From an uncultured Burkholderiaceae bacterium (GTDB lineage: Bacteria > Pseudomonadota > Gammaproteobacteria > Burkholderiales > Burkholderiaceae): DNA of 64,000 nucleotides. Positions within the stretch are counted from its first letter, which is position 1, and each line of letters starts with the position of its first letter. The position numbers and the translations under genes were made by a program. The stretch lies in the NCBI GenBank assembly GCA_966212325.1, contig CBIHRA010000010.1:59544-123543 (forward strand), written 5' to 3'. This document shows, piece after piece, positions 53,823 to 61,110 of this stretch. Under the pieces are notes generated by a model. The model searched no databases. It saw only the letters and a program-made list of their open reading frames with translations, and was not told the DNA's origin.

Positions 53823-53857
53823 GCGTTTGCGTTTTGCGTTTTGCGTTTGCGTTTGCG
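53816..53857. repeat. 6/7-bp tandem repeat GCGTTT(T) x6
   Basis: Read directly. It begins in the 3' arm of the ompW terminator hairpin. Confidence 0.9.
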
Positions 53858-53883
53858 CTGCCGCGTTCGGCGCGTCGCGCGGC

Positions 53884-54087
53884 TCAGCGCTTATCGTGCT
53901 GGAAGCGCATCGCGGTGCCTTCGCGCTCGATGCGCACCCAGACGGCGCGCTTTTCCTCGTCGCTCATGAAGACCCAATTCGAGACTTCGCCGGCCGTGCG
54001 GCCGCATCCTTTGCAGACTTCGTCGAACAGCGTCGAGCAGACGCCGATGCAGGGGCTGTCGGGGAGGTCGTGCAGATTGGAAGCCAT
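53884..54087 (-). CDS. DUF1289 (YdhL-like) small Cys-rich protein
   Basis: The 67-aa sequence SPCIGVCS...CKGCGRT..E...W has the DUF1289 pattern. Confidence 0.8.
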   Translation of the reverse strand: MASNLHDLPDSPCIGVCSTLFDEVCKGCGRTAGEVSNWVFMSDEEKRAVWVRIEREGTAMRFQHDKR

Positions 54088-54489
54088 CGAAAAACCGTCT
54101 CAATTTCAGGTGCGCCCCGTATGGTAGCCGAGGGCCGCCGCCCGTAGTGGAACCCCCTACGCGCAGCGGGGGCGCCGCGCCGGCCGCGCATGGGCCGGCC
54201 TGCAGGCTTTCCGAAAGGCTGAACGAGGTTTTATTCCGGTAGACACGGCGCTATAACCCGATAAAATTGCGCCCGATTTGTCGTTGGGTGCAAGGCGCTG
54301 CAAGCGCATGGCCGAAAGACGAGGGAAGGGTTGTGCCGTTTGCGCGACAGCCCGTCCGATCCTCACGCATTTTTGTGCCGCGCGCCAATGATTGATGGTA
54401 GCTTTCGGGTTTTTTAGAGGCGCCGCGCGCATCGCGTTGCGGCATGGCGAGCATGAGGCCGGGTGAACCGGCCCGCATCGGAGAACGGG

Positions 54490-55587
54490 ATGAAGAAACA
54501 GGTGATGGGCGGGCTGGCCGCACTCTTTTTGTGCGCGGCGCCGTGGGCGGCGTCAGCCAAGGATACGCAACTGAACGTCTACAACTGGTCCGATTACATT
54601 GCCAAGGACACTATCCCGAATTTCGAAAAACAGACCGGCGTCAAGGTCAGGTACGACAACTACGACAGCGACGACACGCTCCAAGCGAAGCTGCTGACGG
54701 GCAATTCGGGCTATGACGTCGTCGTGCCCACGAGCAACTACGCAGGCAAGCAGATCGCGGCCGGCATTTTTGCACCGCTCGACAAGGCCAAACTGCCGAA
54801 TCTCAAATACCTCGATCCGCAGCTCATGGCGCTCGTGGCCGGCGCCGATCCGGGCAACAAGTACGTGGTGCCCTGGGCGTGGGGCACGACGGGCCTCGGC
54901 TATAACGTGACGAAGGTCCAGCAAATTCTCGGCAAGAACGTGCCGCTCGACAACTGGGACATCCTGTTCAAGCCCGAGAACATTTCGAAGCTGAAGGCGT
55001 GCGGCGTGTCGGTGCTCGACGCTCCCGATCAAGTGTTCGCCGCGGCGCTCCATTACATCGGCAAAGATCCGATGAGCACGAACCCGGCCGACTATCGAGC
55101 CGCGCTGGACATGATGAAGAAGATTCGCCCGTATATCACGCAATTCAACTCGTCGGGCTATATCAACGATATGGTCGGCGGCGACATCTGCTTTGCCTAC
55201 GGCTGGTCGGGCGACGTCGTAATCGCCAAGCATCGTGCGATCGAGGCCAAGAAGTCGTACAAGATCGAGTACTACATCCCGAAGGGCGGCGCCCCCGTCT
55301 GGTTCGACGTGATGGCCATTCCGAAGGATGCCGCACACAAGGAAGCCGCGCTGGAATGGATCAACTATATCGAGACGCCGCAAGTTCACGCCGCGATCAC
55401 GAACGCCGTCTATTACCCGAGCGCGAACCTGGAAGCGAAAAAGTACGTCGACCCGAAGATCGCCAAGGATGCGGCCGTCTATCCGCCCGCCGATGTGGTC
55501 AAGACCCTGTTCTTGCTCAAGCCGTTGCCGCCTGAGATCCAGCGTCTGCAAACCCGGCTTTGGACCGAGTTCAAGTCGGGCCGATAA
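54490..55587 (+). CDS. potF: Putrescine/polyamine ABC transporter periplasmic binding protein PotF
   Basis: Colinear with E. coli PotF (LNVYNWSDYIAKDTIPNFEKQTG; DICFAYGWSGDV), with a signal peptide after ATG 54490. Confidence 0.92.
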   Translation: MKKQVMGGLAALFLCAAPWAASAKDTQLNVYNWSDYIAKDTIPNFEKQTGVKVRYDNYDSDDTLQAKLLTGNSGYDVVVPTSNYAGKQIAAGIFAPLDKAKLPNLKYLDPQLMALVAGADPGNKYVVPWAWGTTGLGYNVTKVQQILGKNVPLDNWDILFKPENISKLKACGVSVLDAPDQVFAAALHYIGKDPMSTNPADYRAALDMMKKIRPYITQFNSSGYINDMVGGDICFAYGWSGDVVIAKHRAIEAKKSYKIEYYIPKGGAPVWFDVMAIPKDAAHKEAALEWINYIETPQVHAAITNAVYYPSANLEAKKYVDPKIAKDAAVYPPADVVKTLFLLKPLPPEIQRLQTRLWTEFKSGR

Positions 55588-55679
55588 AGTCATCGCCAAG
55601 CAAGGCATGTAGTCATGAAGCCCCCGGATCCATCCCCGGGGGCTTTGCACGTCAAACGAGTGGAGTCAAGCAGGAGATC

Positions 55680-56843
55680 ATGAGCGATCAGTCGAGCTCA
55701 CAGCCGTCCGCGGGCGCGCGTCCCTCAGGTTCAACGTCCGCCGACCAAGCATCGGCCGACAACTTCGTGCAGATCGTCGACGTCGTCAAGAAATTCGGGG
55801 ATACGGTTGCGGTCAAGAACGTCAGTTTGTCGGTGGCCAAGGGCGAGCTGTTCGCGCTGCTCGGCAGTTCGGGATGCGGCAAGTCCACGCTGCTCAGGAT
55901 GCTCGCCGGACTCGAATCGGTCAGCTCCGGCAAGATCTTGATCGACGGCGAAGACCTCGCGTTGATGCCGCCGTACCGCCGCCCCGTCAACATGATGTTC
56001 CAGTCGTATGCGCTCTTTCCGCATATGACGGTCGAATCGAACGTCGCGTTCGGGCTCAAGCAGGAGGGCGTGCCCAAGGCCGAGCTCAAGGCGCGCGTGC
56101 AGGACGTGCTCGAGCTCGTGCAAATGGGCCGCTTCGCCAAGCGTAAGCCGCATCAGTTGTCGGGCGGGCAGCAGCAACGTGTGGCGCTTGCGCGCTCGCT
56201 CGTGAAACGGCCGAAACTGCTGTTGCTCGACGAGCCGATGTCGGCGCTCGACAAACAGATCCGGCAACGCACGCAGATCGAGCTCGTCAACATTCTCGAC
56301 CGCGTCGGCGTCACCTGCATCATGGTCACGCACGATCAGGAAGAGGCCATGACGATGGCCGATCGCCTTGCGGTCATGAGCGAAGGGCAAATCGTTCAAT
56401 TGGGCACGCCGCACGAAGTCTACGAATATCCGAACTCGCGGTTCTCGGCGGAATTTATCGGCTCGACCAATCTGTTCGACGGCCACGTGGTCGAAGACGA
56501 GCCCGACCACGTCTTCGTCGAAACCGCCGATCTGCCTTGCCGGCTCTACGTCAATCATGGCATTACGGGGCCGCTCGGCATGCCGGTCACGATTTCGGTC
56601 CGCCCCGAACGCATCGCGCTCACTCGGAAACCGCCCGAAGGCGCCTATAACTGGGGGCGCGGGTCCGTCTCGAACGTCGCCTACATGGGCGGTTACTCGC
56701 TGTATCACGTGACGCTCGATTCGGGCAAAACCGTGATCGCCAACGTGTCGAGCCTTGCACTGTCGGAGATCGATTCGCCCACGTGGGGCGACGAGATCTA
56801 TGTGCGATGGAGCGCCTCGGCCGGCGTGGTGCTGACGGCATGA
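55680..56843 (+). CDS. potG: Putrescine ABC transporter ATP-binding protein PotG
   Basis: Walker A GSSGCGKST, signature LSGGQQQR and Walker B LLLLDEP, with a TOBE-like C-terminus. AGGAG lies upstream of ATG 55680. Confidence 0.92.
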   Translation: MSDQSSSQPSAGARPSGSTSADQASADNFVQIVDVVKKFGDTVAVKNVSLSVAKGELFALLGSSGCGKSTLLRMLAGLESVSSGKILIDGEDLALMPPYRRPVNMMFQSYALFPHMTVESNVAFGLKQEGVPKAELKARVQDVLELVQMGRFAKRKPHQLSGGQQQRVALARSLVKRPKLLLLDEPMSALDKQIRQRTQIELVNILDRVGVTCIMVTHDQEEAMTMADRLAVMSEGQIVQLGTPHEVYEYPNSRFSAEFIGSTNLFDGHVVEDEPDHVFVETADLPCRLYVNHGITGPLGMPVTISVRPERIALTRKPPEGAYNWGRGSVSNVAYMGGYSLYHVTLDSGKTVIANVSSLALSEIDSPTWGDEIYVRWSASAGVVLTA

Positions 56844-57769
56844 AGGCGACCCTGCTCTCGCTTGCGACTTGGCCCGCACGCCGCCTGCGGCTGACGGGAG
56901 GGACAGCCGTCGTCGCCGGGCCGTTCGTCTGGCTGTTGCTGTTCTTCTTCGTGCCGTTCCTGCTCGTCGTCAAGATCAGCTTCGCCGAGCTGCAGCTCGG
57001 CATCCCGCCGTATACCGAGCTCGTCGCGTTCAAAGACGGCGTCGTTCAAATTTCGCTGAATGTCGCGCACTACGCATTCCTGTTCACCGACAGCCTTTAC
57101 TTCGCCACTTATGTGAACTCGGTGGTGGTCGCGGCGGTGACGACGTTGTTCTGCCTGCTGCTCGGCTATCCGATGGCGTATTACATCGCGCGTTCGAATC
57201 CGAGTTCGCGCAACATTTTGATGATGGCTGTGATGCTGCCGTTCTGGACGTCGTTCCTGATCCGCGTTTATGCGTGGGTAGGCATCCTCAAGAACAACGG
57301 GCTGCTCAACAACTTCCTCATGACGATCGGGCTCATTCATACGCCGATCGAGCTTTACCGAACCAATACGGCCGTGTACATCGGGATGGTGTATTCGTAT
57401 TTGCCGTTTCTCGTAATGCCGCTCTATGCGCACCTCGTGAAGATGGATCTGACGCTGCTCGAAGCGGCCTACGATCTCGGCGCGAAGCCGTGGAAGGCGT
57501 TCGTGCAGATCACGTTGCCGCTGTCGAAGAACGGCATCATCGCCGGGTGCTTGCTCGTCTTCATTCCGGCGGTGGGCGAGTACGTGATTCCCGAATTGCT
57601 GGGCGGGGCCAATACGTTGATGATCGGCCGCGTCATGTGGAACGAGTTCTTCAACAACGCCGACTGGCCGATGGCGTCGGCCGTGACTTGCGCGATGGTC
57701 TTGCTGTTGCTCGTGCCGATGGCGATGTTCCAGCATTTTCAGGCCAAACAACTCGAAGCGCGGCGATGA
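56840..57769 (+). CDS. potH: Putrescine ABC transporter permease PotH
   Basis: A BPD-transporter permease. Its ATG overlaps the potG stop (ATGA). Confidence 0.9.
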   Translation: MKATLLSLATWPARRLRLTGGTAVVAGPFVWLLLFFFVPFLLVVKISFAELQLGIPPYTELVAFKDGVVQISLNVAHYAFLFTDSLYFATYVNSVVVAAVTTLFCLLLGYPMAYYIARSNPSSRNILMMAVMLPFWTSFLIRVYAWVGILKNNGLLNNFLMTIGLIHTPIELYRTNTAVYIGMVYSYLPFLVMPLYAHLVKMDLTLLEAAYDLGAKPWKAFVQITLPLSKNGIIAGCLLVFIPAVGEYVIPELLGGANTLMIGRVMWNEFFNNADWPMASAVTCAMVLLLLVPMAMFQHFQAKQLEARR

Positions 57770-58587
57770 TCAAACCGAACCGTACTTTGCAGCTGACCGC
57801 CCTCGGAATCGGCTTCGCGTTTTTATACGTCCCGATCCTGAGCCTGATCGTCTATTCGTTCAACGAGTCGCAACTCGTGACCGTTTGGACGCGCTTCTCG
57901 ACGCGCTGGTATTCGGCGCTCGCGCAGGACGACGAGCTCATCACCGCCTTTTGGCTGTCGCTGCGCATTGCGTTGTTGACGGCGTTCGCGTCCGTGTTCA
58001 TCGGCACGTGGGCCGGTTTCGTGCTCGCGCGCATGAGGCGCTTTCGCGGCTTCACGCTGTTCACCGGCATGATCAATGCGCCGCTCGTGATCCCCGAAGT
58101 CATTCAGGGCATTTCGCTGCTGCTGCTGTTCATCGAAATGGGCAAATGGCTCGGCTGGCCGGAGGGGCGCGGGCTGACGACGATCTGGATCGGCCACGTC
58201 ATGCTGTGCATGTCGTACGTCGCGATCATCGTGCAGTCGCGCGTGCGAGAGCTCAATCCATCGTTGGAGGAGGCGGCGCTCGATCTCGGCGCGACCCCGT
58301 TCAAGGTGTTCTTCGCGATTACCTTGCCGCTGATTTCGCAAGCGTTGATGGCGGGGTGGCTGCTGTCGTTTACGCTGTCGATCGACGATCTCGTGCTTTC
58401 GGCGTTCTTGTCGGGGCCCGGTTCGACGACGCTGCCGCTCGTCGTGTTCTCGCGCGTGCGGCTCGGGCTCAACCCGGAGATGAACGCGCTGGCGACACTG
58501 TTCATCGGCGTAGTGACAGTGGGCGTGATCGGGATCAACTACTTTATGTTGCGGGCGGAGAAGAAGCGGCTGGCGGGCATTATTTGA
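57766..58587 (+). CDS. potI: Putrescine ABC transporter permease PotI
   Basis: A permease with EAALDLGATPFKVFFAITLPL. Its ATG overlaps the potH stop (ATGA). Confidence 0.9.
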   Translation: MIKPNRTLQLTALGIGFAFLYVPILSLIVYSFNESQLVTVWTRFSTRWYSALAQDDELITAFWLSLRIALLTAFASVFIGTWAGFVLARMRRFRGFTLFTGMINAPLVIPEVIQGISLLLLFIEMGKWLGWPEGRGLTTIWIGHVMLCMSYVAIIVQSRVRELNPSLEEAALDLGATPFKVFFAITLPLISQALMAGWLLSFTLSIDDLVLSAFLSGPGSTTLPLVVFSRVRLGLNPEMNALATLFIGVVTVGVIGINYFMLRAEKKRLAGII

Positions 58588-58600
58588 ACCGACGATGCGC

Positions 58601-59536
58601 TCATTGTCCGAGTCCCAAGGGCAACGTTCGGGCATTGACCGGGCTGTTGTCAGCCAACCGATAGGTGCGTTCGAATTCGCGGGGTTGGATCAAACGGAAG
58701 TCGTTGCCTTGCTGAACGATGACGGCGTTGTCGTCGTAGATCTGCGGTGTAGCTGCGGGGCCGATAAACACGCCTTTTCCGTCCAGGCGAACCGCGAGGC
58801 ATATATCGCGGTCGTCGCGTTTGTACAGGCCGAAGCAGTCTGCGCCGAGGTTGCCCATCGGCGTCATTTTGCTCTGGATGAATCCCCGGTCGGAGTTGTA
58901 TCGATCGGTTAGGCCGATGGCGCCGGCCGTTGCGAGAACGGCTTGAATGGCAGGCTGATTCAGGGCCTGCGGCGTGCCAGCCAATTCGACGACTCTTCCC
59001 ATCAACGTTCTGGCTTGTTCTTCGGTGGCTTCGTTGAAGATGATGACGCCGGTATCGTCTCCTTTGACGGCCTGCACCGACCGATCCTTCCCGTTATAGA
59101 AAACGACACCGGTTTCGCCGATAGGCTTGCCCTCCCAATCGGTTATCGGTTTTCCCTCGATCGAATTTCCGTCCCTATCTTGAGTTCCGGACGGATAAAC
59201 GAGCGGCTCGCCATCCGAAAGTGCCGGAATCGGGAGAATGAATTTTTGGGCGGCGGAAATCACTTTCGCTGCTTTGGACATGTCGAGGTCCGCTGCGCGT
59301 ACGGTCGTGGGCGTGGCAAGGGCCGATCGCGACGGCGATGACGCTACCGATGACGCCTCCGGCGCAAAATCGTGCGACTTCGCTCTGGCGGCGTGATACG
59401 GATACGTCAACGCGCGCGCACGCGTCCCTGCCAACGGGAAATGGCCGGCAGCGGCGCCAATGTGAGACGCAGATACCGTCCTTCGCCGACCCGCTTTCGA
59501 AAACGCATGCTTTTTAAGCGACGTCGATTTTGGCAT
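58601..59536 (-). CDS. Orphan hypothetical protein with atypical composition (start uncertain; internal Met at 59281 possible)
   Basis: A 311-codon ORF in a lower-GC segment. Third positions still favour C-ending codons, so it looks coding. It uses rare codons (AGA, AGG, ATA, CTA, GGA). I recognise no family and see no SD. Confidence 0.5.
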   Translation of the reverse strand: MPKSTSLKKHAFSKAGRRRTVSASHIGAAAGHFPLAGTRARALTYPYHAARAKSHDFAPEASSVASSPSRSALATPTTVRAADLDMSKAAKVISAAQKFILPIPALSDGEPLVYPSGTQDRDGNSIEGKPITDWEGKPIGETGVVFYNGKDRSVQAVKGDDTGVIIFNEATEEQARTLMGRVVELAGTPQALNQPAIQAVLATAGAIGLTDRYNSDRGFIQSKMTPMGNLGADCFGLYKRDDRDICLAVRLDGKGVFIGPAATPQIYDDNAVIVQQGNDFRLIQPREFERTYRLADNSPVNARTLPLGLGQ

Positions 59537-59632
59537 CGGTCGATCGATTGAAAGGGCAGGTTGCGGCTTATTGTACGGGCTGGCTACCGGCTGCCGGCAT
59601 GGTGTGCCGACGGCCGTTGCTTCGACCGTACG

Positions 59633-61108
59633 TTACCTTTCAATATCTGGCGTTCTAGACCCCATGGCCTGGAACAACAGCGCCGTATCGGACAGCCGTT
59701 GCCCGGTTGAACGGATAGCGGCGAGCTTCGCATTTCCGTACTGAATCTCGCTCGTCCGCACGCTCGAGGGCGGGACTGCGCCCAAGCGGCCGCGCGCCGC
59801 GGTTTCGGCGAACGCTTGTTGTGCCGATTGCGCTTGCCGTTGCGTAGCGGCCACCGCTTGCGCATCGTGTTCCAGCGCGGCCAATGTATCCGCAACGTTT
59901 TCGAACGCGGAAAGCACGGCCGCCTTGTATTGCCGCGTCGATGCCTCGTAGAAGTCGATCGCGGCGCGCCGCTGCGCGAGCAACGCCCCGCCGTGGAACA
60001 GCGGCTGCGTGAGCGATCCACCGAGGCTCCACAGCGCGCCCGCACCCGAGAGCGCAGTCGGCCAATTGAAGCCGCCTTGCCCCATCGACGCGGTCAGCGA
60101 CAAGCTGGGAAACAACTGCGCCGTGGCGACGCCGACTTCGGCAGCCGCGGCTTTGAGCGCCGCCTCGGCGGCCGCGATGTCGGGCCTCGCCCGCAAGAGA
60201 TCCGAGGGCACGACGACAGGCACGCGTTCGGGCAGCGACAGGCTAGAGAGCGCCGGAATCTCGGGCGCGGCGTTCGGCGTTCGGCCGATCAGCACCGCCA
60301 GAGCGTGGCGGGCAGCTTGGCGCTGCTGAAGCAGGGCCGGCAAGCTCGCTTCGATTTCGGACGCCGTTTGCTCCGAGGCCAACACCTGCGCATGCGGCGC
60401 CGCGCCAAGCGCGTAGCGGCGTGCATCGTCCTGGGCCGTTTGCTGCGCCAGGGCGATCAGATGCTCGGTCGTGGCAATCTCGTCGTCGAGCGCCGCCGCG
60501 TTGATCGCCGTCGTCACGACGTTGGCGGCCAGCGCGCGACGCGCGGCCTCCAATTCGAAGGCCTGCACGTCGACGCGCGCGTGGAGCGCGGCGTTGGCAT
60601 AACGGACGGCGCCGAACAAGTCGAACGTGTAGTGCGCTTGGATCTGCCCGACGAAGACGTTGTAGCGTACGGTGGGCGGGCCCGCTTCGGGGATGCCGAG
60701 GGCGCGTTCGCGCGTGGCTTGCGCGTTCGCATCGATCGTCGGCAGCAACGTGGAACCGATCTGCGCCCGCAATTGCTCATGCGCGCCGGCAAGGTTCTTT
60801 TCGGTGGCGGCCAGCGTCGGGCTGTTCTTCAGTCCTTCTTCGACGAGCGCATCGAGTTGCGGCGAACGATATAAGCGCCACCACTGCGGCGCGGGCTGGG
60901 CGCCCACATCGAAATGCTGCGCCACGCCCGCGGCCGTCTGCGTTTGCTCGGGCAAGGCCGTCTGTCCATAGTGGGCCGGCGAGGGTATGACGGGCGGCTC
61001 GCCGGTCGGCCCGAGCGAACAAGCGGCCAGGGCCAACGTCGATGCCAACGCCGCGGCGGCGGCGAGCGCCGGCGACCGGCGTTCAAGAACGATGCGAGAT
61101 GCGCTCAT
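59633..61108 (-). CDS. RND efflux outer-membrane factor lipoprotein (NodT/OprM family)
   Basis: It starts MSASRIVLERRSP.. with a lipobox (LALAAC/S) and two OMF repeats. It is the 3' part of the 1107-aa track ORF and begins 2 nt after the RND pump stop. Confidence 0.88.
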   Translation of the reverse strand: MSASRIVLERRSPALAAAAALASTLALAACSLGPTGEPPVIPSPAHYGQTALPEQTQTAAGVAQHFDVGAQPAPQWWRLYRSPQLDALVEEGLKNSPTLAATEKNLAGAHEQLRAQIGSTLLPTIDANAQATRERALGIPEAGPPTVRYNVFVGQIQAHYTFDLFGAVRYANAALHARVDVQAFELEAARRALAANVVTTAINAAALDDEIATTEHLIALAQQTAQDDARRYALGAAPHAQVLASEQTASEIEASLPALLQQRQAARHALAVLIGRTPNAAPEIPALSSLSLPERVPVVVPSDLLRARPDIAAAEAALKAAAAEVGVATAQLFPSLSLTASMGQGGFNWPTALSGAGALWSLGGSLTQPLFHGGALLAQRRAAIDFYEASTRQYKAAVLSAFENVADTLAALEHDAQAVAATQRQAQSAQQAFAETAARGRLGAVPPSSVRTSEIQYGNAKLAAIRSTGQRLSDTALLFQAMGSRTPDIER

Positions 61109-61110
61109 GA

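Noticed and set aside
33621-53857. The tandem-repeat arrays considered as possible CRISPR arrays
   Set aside because: The units are only 6-15 bp, directly abutting with no spacers, and no cas genes are present. They are microsatellites or minisatellites.
54088-54489. A possible riboswitch upstream of potF
   Set aside because: I could not match the sequence to any riboswitch consensus I know. Only a short GC hairpin is evident, so it is reported only as a low-interest observation.
57192-57201. A tRNA T-loop-like GTTCGAATCC motif
   Set aside because: It lies inside the potH coding frame with no flanking acceptor or anticodon stems. I found no tRNA or rRNA anywhere in the window.
54553-58635. 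Minus-strand ORFs of 270-380 aa opposite potF, potG, potH and potI, and the 572-aa + ORF 56869..58587
   Set aside because: These are shadow or out-of-frame ORFs. The 572-aa ORF is out of frame across potH and becomes genuine only from ATG 57766 (potI).
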